Of a DNA stretch of 64,000 nt, positions 28,081-36,178 are shown piece after piece; the first letter of the stretch is position 1, and each line of letters begins with the position of its first letter. The DNA is from Bacteroidales bacterium. Its GTDB lineage: Bacteria; Bacteroidota; Bacteroidia; Bacteroidales; VadinHA17. The stretch covers positions 1,315-65,314 of the forward strand of contig JBBRXA010000010.1 of the NCBI GenBank assembly GCA_038248855.1. The letters run 5' to 3'. The notes under the pieces are model-generated. The model saw nothing but the letters and a program-made list of their open reading frames with translations, did not search any database and was not told where the DNA came from. Both the position numbers and the translations under genes were made by a program.

Positions 28081-29925
28081 CTATTTGGTGCTCTTTTTTC
28101 CGAATTCAGGGTTTATTCTGAGCAGTGACACCGCAATAAGCGGTACTATGCTGCAAATCATCACCCACAGGAAGAAGTGGTTATAACCGAGCTGCTCCTG
28201 CAGCCAGCCCGCAAATAATCCCGGCAGCATCATTCCAAGTGCCATAAAGCCGGTGCAGATGGCATAATGCGCTGTTTTGTATTTCCCATCAGAGAAATAT
28301 ATCAGGTAGAGCATATATGCGGTAAAACCGAAACCGTAGCCAAACTGTTCAACAAAAACACAGATGTTGATTATAAGCAGGTTATCTGTCTGGGTAAAAC
28401 TCAGGTACAGAAACGTTGCTGCGGTCAGCAGCATGCTCAGGGTCATAGGCCACAACCATTTCCTCAGGCCGCCGGAGGCTGCCACTACACCTCCGATAAT
28501 ACCTCCCAGCGTAAGACCGGTTATACCAATTGTTCCATAAACCAAACCGACCTCGCCGGTGGTCAGTCCCAGACCGCCTTTGTCGATGGGGTCGAGCAGG
28601 AATGGATTTATCAGTTTCAGCAACTGCGCTTCCGCAAAACGGTAGGTCAGCATGAAGAAGAGGGCTACCCCGACCTGCGGTTTCCTGAAGAAAGTCGCGA
28701 ATGTCTTCCCGAACTCCCGCAGAACATCGGAGGGTTTAAGATCTTCACGGGGTGCGTCGGAATCCGGTCTTGGCAGGATAAACCTGTGCCAGAAACTAAA
28801 AACGAAGAACAATCCGGCAAGAACAAAGAAAGTTACCGCCCACGACATCGGGATGTTCCCCGACAGCCCCTCATAATTGACTGACGTATTATTTGTAAGC
28901 TTGGAGTCTGCCTGGAATACCATGTAAGCCGGTTTATCCCAGTTCGATTCGTTGAAGACAAGATGATCTCCCTGAATGAGGGCAATGCTCTTGTCGCCCT
29001 TTTTCAGGACAGTATTCAGCACAATCCTTTTCCCGGATTCAGGCGAGCCGGACAGCCTGACAGGGACAACCGCCACGCTTCCGGTCACTGCAGCGACACT
29101 GCCTCGCTCCTCGCCGAAGTTATCCCTGATCCAGGCTCCCAGTGGTTCAGAAACCTTTGTGGCCCACCACCCCTTGCTCTTTACTTTTTTTCCCTCCGGC
29201 TGCACAAAACCGTAACCCAGGTTGGAGGCCCTGATCGAATCCAGGAGTATACTCAGGCTATCCCTGTCAACGGTTTGCGTGCTTATCTTCAGAGAATCGT
29301 GTTCAAGAAAAAAGTACGTCTCACCCCTGCTCCCGGGTGCTGCCGCAACATATGGCACCTCGAGTACTGTTTTGGAGTAACCGGGTGATGCCTCGATGAA
29401 GACCGAAACGGGCTCCCTGCCTGAAGAGCTTTCAAGAAATCCTGCAAGAATTACAAGAAGTCCCTGCCCGGTGATTGTGGCAACCCGGTAAAAGGTGCTG
29501 CGGATGCCCACATACCTGGCCTGCTGGTTGGTATTCAGCCCGAGCATGTAAAAACCGTCTGCCGCTATATCATGGGTGGCTGAGCCGAATGCCAGAAGCC
29601 AGAAGAAAGCCAGGGTGATCTTGAAAAAGAGTGACGCCGGAATGGTAAGGGCGATGCTCGCGAAACCTAATGCCAGGACAAGCTGCGTAATAACAATCCA
29701 CCATCTTTTGGTTTTGAGCATATCAACCAGCGGGCTCCATATCGGTTTAATGACCCAGGGCAGATAGAGTAAACTCGTGTACAGGGCTATGTCGGCATTG
29801 GAGATGCCCATTCGCTTGTACATGATCACAGATACTATATTAACCGCTACATAGGGTAACCCTTCAGCCAGATAGAGTGAGGGTATCCATGCCCAGGGTG
29901 AACGGGTTTTGTTTTGTGCTGTCAT
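28081..29925 (-). CDS. ampG: AmpG-family MFS muropeptide permease with a 190-aa inserted domain
   Basis: N-terminus is ..PSLYLAEGLPYVAVN..., with LYLPWVIKPIWSPLVD plus a KTKRWW motif-A-like loop. I hand-count 12 hydrophobic segments. A non-hydrophobic block spans residues ~166-358. Confidence 0.75.
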   Translation of the reverse strand: MTAQNKTRSPWAWIPSLYLAEGLPYVAVNIVSVIMYKRMGISNADIALYTSLLYLPWVIKPIWSPLVDMLKTKRWWIVITQLVLALGFASIALTIPASLFFKITLAFFWLLAFGSATHDIAADGFYMLGLNTNQQARYVGIRSTFYRVATITGQGLLVILAGFLESSSGREPVSVFIEASPGYSKTVLEVPYVAAAPGSRGETYFFLEHDSLKISTQTVDRDSLSILLDSIRASNLGYGFVQPEGKKVKSKGWWATKVSEPLGAWIRDNFGEERGSVAAVTGSVAVVPVRLSGSPESGKRIVLNTVLKKGDKSIALIQGDHLVFNESNWDKPAYMVFQADSKLTNNTSVNYEGLSGNIPMSWAVTFFVLAGLFFVFSFWHRFILPRPDSDAPREDLKPSDVLREFGKTFATFFRKPQVGVALFFMLTYRFAEAQLLKLINPFLLDPIDKGGLGLTTGEVGLVYGTIGITGLTLGGIIGGVVAASGGLRKWLWPMTLSMLLTAATFLYLSFTQTDNLLIINICVFVEQFGYGFGFTAYMLYLIYFSDGKYKTAHYAICTGFMALGMMLPGLFAGWLQEQLGYNHFFLWVMICSIVPLIAVSLLRINPEFGKKSTK

Positions 29926-29927
29926 GC

Positions 29928-32399
29928 TTAAAGCTTATTAAACTTGTATCCCTTGTTCGTGTAAAAATCAATAATCTCCTGCAGCCTGAGATATAACTTG
30001 TCACTCCTGGCCGGGTCCGTCCCCGGATGAATGAGTATCATGGCGCCATTCAGCCCCCCCGGTGCGCCCTCCTCAAATTCGGCCAGCCTCTTCACCAGAA
30101 AATCGGATGAACAGTAGTTTGCCATGTCAGGAGTCGTATAATCAGCATTGGTGCCTGTGCCCGGGGAGAAATTGATCAGGGTGAGGCCCGTCTCTTCGCT
30201 CCACCTGCTTATGGCGCTGTTGTACCACTCATACGGTGCCAGAAAATACTGAGGCTTCTGCTTCTTCAGTCCCGCCTTCTGCAGAGCTGCGAAGTTGTTC
30301 CTGAGGTCAGCATTGAATTGCTCCTTGCTTACCAGAAGCGTATCCCTGTCTTCCCAGGGCATATAAAGCAGGTGTGCATCGGAATGTGGTCCGAGATAAT
30401 GACCTTCCTTTATTATCCTGCCGGTTACCGGTGCCCACTTTTTGTTTCTAAGAAAATTTCCTGTAAGGAAGAAGGATCCTTTTATATTATTATCTTCCAA
30501 CACATTAAGAATATGCTCAAATCCCTCTCCGAATTCGTCTGCAGAAAAGATCAGGTAAATGTTTTTTTCATCCGACCCTTTTCTGATCACAGCGCCGTGG
30601 GTATCATACACATCACCCTGTGCACCTGCCCGTGCTTTCCTTCCCTCCTTCTCAAGGGTTGACAGGTAATAGCTCAGGCTTGCGGTACCGTCGAGGGTGG
30701 GCTCATTGGTACTGTAGTCCCCTATATCGTCATGGTATACCACTTTGCCTCCCTGGAAGGCAGCGTAAGGATCCGGCCTGAGCAGGGTCAGTCCCTTCAG
30801 ATTCTCATGGATTGCCTTGTTGATTGGCCCGTCAATCAGTCCTCCCGTGGTTGTCACGCCCAGGAACCGGGTGATGGGTGAGTGCGGATAAAGGGGGTAG
30901 TCGCCTCCTGCCGGCAGCCCGCATATCATGGAGGTGCCCCACGGGTTGCAGCCGAACAGCCAGTCTCTCATAGCGGCCTCCATGTGGTCATACCTGGCGT
31001 CTCCTGTAGCCTCACGGTATAGTCTGCACTGGGTCAGCGCTGCAGCTATGTAGTTATTCGAGCACCAGACAAAGGGTATCTTCACCTGGAAAACATCATT
31101 CTGATCACGCCGGTTGATAAGCTCCAGTCCCCTGCGCATGAATTCAGTGTATTTCCCCGAAAATTCAGTTTCAGACAGACCCAGACCGGCATGGCCCAGG
31201 TTAACGAATGGATAGAACTGGTAATGGCGTGCAGTGTCTTTTTCAATCCACGGAGTGTAAGGCTCCAGTGTGCCCCAGTAATCGGCCTGCACCAGGTAGT
31301 CGCTCTCCCCTGTAAGAGTGTATAACTCCCAGGCTGCAAGCTGCATGTCGTCAACATAGTTGTCCTCCTCGTAGAAATAAGGCGAGACGTTGCACGCGGT
31401 CTGGGTAGCCCCCAGGTCAGTCTGTGCAAACTCGAATGCATCGACGGATTTTGCAGCCAGTTTCTGTGCCAGTGCAGGATCACTCTTCCCGAACACCTTC
31501 GCTCCCATGGCAAAGACTGAGGCAAATTTACCTGCCGTGGAGGCTACTCCCTCAGTCCTGTTTTTGAATTCCGCAAGCCCCTGTGGCTTTCCGGTCACGA
31601 AATAGACCGGCCGGTAGGGACCGAGTCCGTAGTCAGCCTTATCATGGTTTGGTAGCCGAAAGCCGACGTGGTCACGGTCGTCAGCCACCTGGTTGTACAT
31701 CACTCCGCTGTCAGGGTTCATCTTAAGCAGCCACTCCAAACCCCATTTTACCTCGTCTAGAATATCTGGAATACCGTTACGGCCCTGAGAGCCTGCAGCA
31801 TCATGGGAGTCACCAAAAATCTCAGGAGATTTTTCGTATGCAAACATCATCTGGTAGACCGAGTTCGATGTGGTGGCCGTGTACCTTAGGTGATCGCTTG
31901 CATCATGGTAGCCGCCCCTGACGTCAATAACAGTGCCTGAGAGTGTCGGGTGATCAACGATCATGCCGTCATGTGAGTGACACGAGTCGGCCAGAAAAGG
32001 ATTATATCCGCATCGCTGCTGCCTGATATAGTTTAGTATGAAATCGGCGGTTCCGTCATAGACCCCGGCTCCGACCCGGAATGTTTCAGACCGGGTGCGG
32101 CCATATAAGATATAGTATCCTCCCGGTTCAGTAAGCTGCGAGAAGTCGAGCCTGGCTGCGGCTGCCATGCCCCATACAGAACCGTCATAAAATGTTGCAT
32201 TGCCAATGAATACCGCCTTGTCTGTCAGCGCATCACATACGGTGAATGAGGAGCCAACTCCCGGTTCCTGCGAGATATATACTGCAACCTTGACCGAGGC
32301 CGGAAGATAGCCAAGCTGGTTGATCCTGATCCATGACTGTCCGTAAATGCCAGTAAGGGAAGTACACAAAACCAGGATGAGAAGCAGTCTTTTCTTCAT
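29928..32399 (-). CDS. secreted GH9 glycoside hydrolase (Ig-like N-domain) fused to a CE4/NodB-like polysaccharide deacetylase domain
   Basis: Signal peptide, then WIRINQLGYLP (CelD_N-like). GGYHDASDHLRY and YHDDIGDYSTNEPT are GH9 signature-like. The C-terminal 230 aa carry HSDAH and LIHPG (NodB motifs). Confidence 0.7.
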   Translation of the reverse strand: MKKRLLLILVLCTSLTGIYGQSWIRINQLGYLPASVKVAVYISQEPGVGSSFTVCDALTDKAVFIGNATFYDGSVWGMAAAARLDFSQLTEPGGYYILYGRTRSETFRVGAGVYDGTADFILNYIRQQRCGYNPFLADSCHSHDGMIVDHPTLSGTVIDVRGGYHDASDHLRYTATTSNSVYQMMFAYEKSPEIFGDSHDAAGSQGRNGIPDILDEVKWGLEWLLKMNPDSGVMYNQVADDRDHVGFRLPNHDKADYGLGPYRPVYFVTGKPQGLAEFKNRTEGVASTAGKFASVFAMGAKVFGKSDPALAQKLAAKSVDAFEFAQTDLGATQTACNVSPYFYEEDNYVDDMQLAAWELYTLTGESDYLVQADYWGTLEPYTPWIEKDTARHYQFYPFVNLGHAGLGLSETEFSGKYTEFMRRGLELINRRDQNDVFQVKIPFVWCSNNYIAAALTQCRLYREATGDARYDHMEAAMRDWLFGCNPWGTSMICGLPAGGDYPLYPHSPITRFLGVTTTGGLIDGPINKAIHENLKGLTLLRPDPYAAFQGGKVVYHDDIGDYSTNEPTLDGTASLSYYLSTLEKEGRKARAGAQGDVYDTHGAVIRKGSDEKNIYLIFSADEFGEGFEHILNVLEDNNIKGSFFLTGNFLRNKKWAPVTGRIIKEGHYLGPHSDAHLLYMPWEDRDTLLVSKEQFNADLRNNFAALQKAGLKKQKPQYFLAPYEWYNSAISRWSEETGLTLINFSPGTGTNADYTTPDMANYCSSDFLVKRLAEFEEGAPGGLNGAMILIHPGTDPARSDKLYLRLQEIIDFYTNKGYKFNKL

Positions 32400-32400
32400 T

Positions 32401-33744
32401 TCAGTATTTTATTTCGAGAGTGGCATTTTTGAAATAGTGCATAAGTATTTCCCTGTATGTGTAACCTCCCGCTCCCATCACGGCCGCGCCTATCTGACAA
32501 AGACCCACACCGTGACCCCATCCGGCACCATGCAGGACGAAGGAGACCGAATCTCCGTGACTCATTTTTTCCACATAAAATGCAGAACTGTAAAGATGAG
32601 TTGCCGAAAGAGCTTTTCTTATCTCAAGCTCTTTACCGATGATAAGGGTCTTTTTGCTGCCCCTGATCTTCAGCCTGACTATTCTTCCTGATGTCCCCCT
32701 GGATAGAGGTACAAGGTCAGTGATAATTCCGAAGTCAATGCCGGTACGTTTTCTAACCAGGACACTCAGTTCTTGCTGTGTATATTCAACCTTCCAGCGG
32801 AAGAAGTCGTTTGTCTCCTGGTCATAACTGTTCAGGACCTGGGTAAGTGTCTTCTTGTCATTTGTATTACAGAAAGAATCAGGGTTGCCGGCTATCCAGT
32901 TCACTGCATTTACTTCATGTGTCAGGTCGGGCGGTAACACTGAGGGAGTGGGAGTATCGGCTAATCTCTGCAGATAGGGATGATTCACCGGCTCCCATAC
33001 ATTTTCAAAGATTTCCGTCACTCCCCCGCAGCATTTTGAATAGCGTGCGTCACATATAGCGTCAGCGTACATCAGTACTTCACCGCTCGTATCATTTATT
33101 GATTTCTCGACAATCGGGGTTGAGGCACGGGTGATTCCCTGGTAACGCTGGCAGTGATCATCAGCACACACATCGAAATTATGATGATCCTCACGGTCAT
33201 ACCAACGGGTAATTTCCCTGTCGGTCACGAAGCTCGTCCTGTATTCCGTCCTCCTCTCCCCCAGACGTTCACTCTTCTCTGTCTGAGCCAGCAGCCAGCT
33301 TCTTGAGATCACCGCATGAGCTTTCAGGAGTTCAGGGGATGAGGTGGCGCTCATCTCCGATGATATCACACTTATCAGGTAGTCTTCGATTGAGAGAATA
33401 TTGACTGCTGTCAGCCTGCCCTCTTCGGTAATAAATTTCAGCTTGCCCTTAAACGACTGGTCCTCATTGCGCTGCCAGTGAAAATTCACCCCGATTGTAA
33501 CAGCATGAAGCGTGAAATACGATCTGTCCGGGGCTTCCGGCATAAGGACAATCTCTGTCCCCACATCCACTTCCCGTTCATGACTGCGCAGTAAGATCCT
33601 GCCATTACTGTATAATGCGGTCCAGAGACCTTCAAGTCTCAATGATCCTCCTGCATCTGAAAAGGTTCCGGCAAGGGTGAATGTAAGTCCACCTCCCGAC
33701 ACTATTCCAACCCGGATTTCCGGGACATTAACTTGTCCGGTCAT
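32401..33744 (-). CDS. SpoIID/LytB domain protein, no detectable signal peptide
   Basis: YLISVISSEM, HCQRYQG and GHGVGLCQIGA motifs of SpoIID. The preferred ATG 33744 forms an ATGA overlap with the upstream stop. The track start 33789 also gives no hydrophobic N-terminus. Confidence 0.8.
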   Translation of the reverse strand: MTGQVNVPEIRVGIVSGGGLTFTLAGTFSDAGGSLRLEGLWTALYSNGRILLRSHEREVDVGTEIVLMPEAPDRSYFTLHAVTIGVNFHWQRNEDQSFKGKLKFITEEGRLTAVNILSIEDYLISVISSEMSATSSPELLKAHAVISRSWLLAQTEKSERLGERRTEYRTSFVTDREITRWYDREDHHNFDVCADDHCQRYQGITRASTPIVEKSINDTSGEVLMYADAICDARYSKCCGGVTEIFENVWEPVNHPYLQRLADTPTPSVLPPDLTHEVNAVNWIAGNPDSFCNTNDKKTLTQVLNSYDQETNDFFRWKVEYTQQELSVLVRKRTGIDFGIITDLVPLSRGTSGRIVRLKIRGSKKTLIIGKELEIRKALSATHLYSSAFYVEKMSHGDSVSFVLHGAGWGHGVGLCQIGAAVMGAGGYTYREILMHYFKNATLEIKY

Positions 33745-34676
33745 GGCAGATTTTTTATAAGGGGCGAAAGCTCTTCGTCGCTGAGACACACCTGTCCGAA
33801 GATATCAGATATGTCCTCAGCGGTGATTTTAATAAAGTCCTCTTCCCTCGGGGTTATGACAACGCCGCCCATATCCACCGAGGCGGGACTGAGAATTATT
33901 TTTTTATTATCTCCGGCAAAAAACTGCGACGGTCTGTGAAGCATCCGGGGAATGACATGTACAGTCCATATACCCTTGGAAAATGATGTCAGAATATTGA
34001 GCATAGGTTCCGGTCTGTCAGGCTGAATTAGCCTGAAACGCGAATAAAACTCTTCAAAGCAGAGGGTAAGTTCATCAGGATTGGTGCCTTCGATTGTTAC
34101 CATCCCCCTCATATAATTTTTCCACTGCCACAGTTTGATATCCCCTTTCCGGGATATCAGGGAGCAGTTGTTTTTCCCTGCAAAGTCCTTTTCTACCGGC
34201 AGAAATCCCTTATTTCCCGCCTGGAAATGAAGATGATCAGGTGCTGAGGCGCCGCATTGAGGCCCATTATAGAAGATTACAAAATCTGGTAATTCCCTCG
34301 CAAGGGAGAGCATTATTCTGAAACTGTTAAGTATCCTCTGGTCTGTGTGCAGATCAGCCACTATTGTAAGATGCCTGTTGAAGATCGGGAAGGGGTTGAC
34401 AAGCAGGGTCCAGCCTTCCCCAAAGGGGAGCCCCTGCTGCTGCAATGGCCTGTTTTTCGCGCAAAGGAAACACGGTCGGGCTTCTATGGACCTGGAATCT
34501 ACTTTCGCTACGGATGATGTTATGCGGCCGGGATTGAACTGAACCATGAGGTCATAAGTCCCGAAACCAATAATCCGGGTCCTGACGTTTTCAAGCTGTT
34601 CATAGTTTACCCGGGCCAGATCCCATTTGCTTACCTGGCTGATGAAAAGTTGGTTTACACTCTCGGAATAACTCAT
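33741..34676 (-). CDS. DUF4922 protein; GalT-branch HIT-like nucleotidyltransferase/phosphorylase
   Basis: LVNPFPIFNRHLTIV...FYNGPQCGASAPDHLHFQ parallels the Ap4A phosphorylase/GalT motif (..N.G..aGAS..H.H.Q). HLHFQ is encoded at 34221-34235. Confidence 0.6.
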   Translation of the reverse strand: MSYSESVNQLFISQVSKWDLARVNYEQLENVRTRIIGFGTYDLMVQFNPGRITSSVAKVDSRSIEARPCFLCAKNRPLQQQGLPFGEGWTLLVNPFPIFNRHLTIVADLHTDQRILNSFRIMLSLARELPDFVIFYNGPQCGASAPDHLHFQAGNKGFLPVEKDFAGKNNCSLISRKGDIKLWQWKNYMRGMVTIEGTNPDELTLCFEEFYSRFRLIQPDRPEPMLNILTSFSKGIWTVHVIPRMLHRPSQFFAGDNKKIILSPASVDMGGVVITPREEDFIKITAEDISDIFGQVCLSDEELSPLIKNLP

Positions 34677-34690
34677 TTTCCGGTCCTGGT

Positions 34691-36169
34691 TTACTGTTTT
34701 TCCGAACTGAGCATCTTTTTACGTGCCAGAAGCTCGACTGTCCTGATCTTGTCCTTATATAAATTAAAGGTATTGCTTTTATTCACATCAAGGGCTGCGT
34801 CGGAGTTCTCATCCCACCTGCGGCACAGGTAGAGAGGTTCATAGATGCGTCCAATCCGGTAATGCCTGCTGATTGCAAGTCCCACGGCATAATCCTCACC
34901 ATAACTTACATTCGGAATTTTTATGCTTCTCAGCAGAGGAGTGTAGAATGCTCTCGGAGCACCCAATCCGTTTATGCGCAGAGCATTGTTGCGTCCATTG
35001 TCAGGCGTCCACTCCCGGTGATCAATCAATCCGGGGGGTATATCCTGAAGGTCGAAATTTACCATTTTATAAGTTCCTACAACCATGGCGCACTTTTGGT
35101 TGTGGAATGCCTCTGCCACCCTGGTGATTACTGTGTCATCGATATAGAGGTCATCACTGTCAAGCTGAACGGCATATTTTCCGCACTTTTCGCTGAAGAT
35201 GGCTTCATTCCAGCACCCGCCAATGCCAAGGTCCTTCCTGTCAGGAATTATGTGTACAATCCTGGTCTCTTTTTCAGCGAATGATCTTATGACTTCTGTT
35301 GTGCCGTCAGTTGAGTAATTGTCAACTATGATCAGGTTAAAACTGTAATTTGTCTTCTGGCTCAGCACCGATTTTATTGCATCACCCACGGTTTTTACCC
35401 TGTTCTTTACAGGAATGACCACCGATACTTCAGTATCAAATTTGTCTGCATCAGGGGCAATCTCCATGAAAACCGGTTTAAGCCATGCATTTATATCCTT
35501 AAGATGTTCAGTGCAGGCATTTTCCATCTCGATCTGAACAGCCCTGTTCCTCGGGTCAACATAGTCAAACTGCTTTTCTCCCGTCTTCCGTGTGTCACTC
35601 TCTACCTCAGAATAAAGCAATTCCTGGATATGCACCAGACTGCCGTGCTGCGAAATCTTAAGCCTCAGGTCATAAAAGCCGGCATACTGGTAACCGTGTA
35701 CCATTCTCATGCATGCATTCCTGAATGCGGTGGCACGGTAAAGGATCACCGAACCGAAGTTAAAGTCATCACGAAGGCTTCCCTCCTGGTAATCTGTGAC
35801 CGGGTGAGGCGACAGCCGGCCGTCGCGGTTTTCATAATAGTCTGAATACACGAAGTCTGCATCACTATCATCGCATACCTGAATCATGCGGTCAAGGCCA
35901 AATTTTCCGAGATCCAGAGGGGAAGTCTTGCCGTAAATCAGAATGTAATCAGTATCAGCAGACACTGCCATTTTTTTTACCGCCTCCGTTGAGGCAAACC
36001 CTTTTGCCTTTATCAACCCGGTCACGCTCGCGGTATCGGCCCTGGAATGATCTTCGGGGACGACTGCAAAAATACCACTGACGATTCCGGACCCTTTCAG
36101 AGAGGCGACGGTGATGTTAAGTGATTCATTGTCTGATAAGGGGACAAAGCATGTTATCTTTCTGTTCAT
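34691..36169 (-). CDS. family 2 glycosyltransferase with two GT-A-like halves
   Basis: C-terminal half is canonical: VSVVIPVKNR...IIVDNYSTDGT...QLDSDD. The N-terminal half is degenerate GT-A-like (DYILIY...CDDSDADFVYSDY). No signal peptide or TM segment. Confidence 0.75.
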   Translation of the reverse strand: MNRKITCFVPLSDNESLNITVASLKGSGIVSGIFAVVPEDHSRADTASVTGLIKAKGFASTEAVKKMAVSADTDYILIYGKTSPLDLGKFGLDRMIQVCDDSDADFVYSDYYENRDGRLSPHPVTDYQEGSLRDDFNFGSVILYRATAFRNACMRMVHGYQYAGFYDLRLKISQHGSLVHIQELLYSEVESDTRKTGEKQFDYVDPRNRAVQIEMENACTEHLKDINAWLKPVFMEIAPDADKFDTEVSVVIPVKNRVKTVGDAIKSVLSQKTNYSFNLIIVDNYSTDGTTEVIRSFAEKETRIVHIIPDRKDLGIGGCWNEAIFSEKCGKYAVQLDSDDLYIDDTVITRVAEAFHNQKCAMVVGTYKMVNFDLQDIPPGLIDHREWTPDNGRNNALRINGLGAPRAFYTPLLRSIKIPNVSYGEDYAVGLAISRHYRIGRIYEPLYLCRRWDENSDAALDVNKSNTFNLYKDKIRTVELLARKKMLSSEKQ

Positions 36170-36178
36170 AACCTCTGT

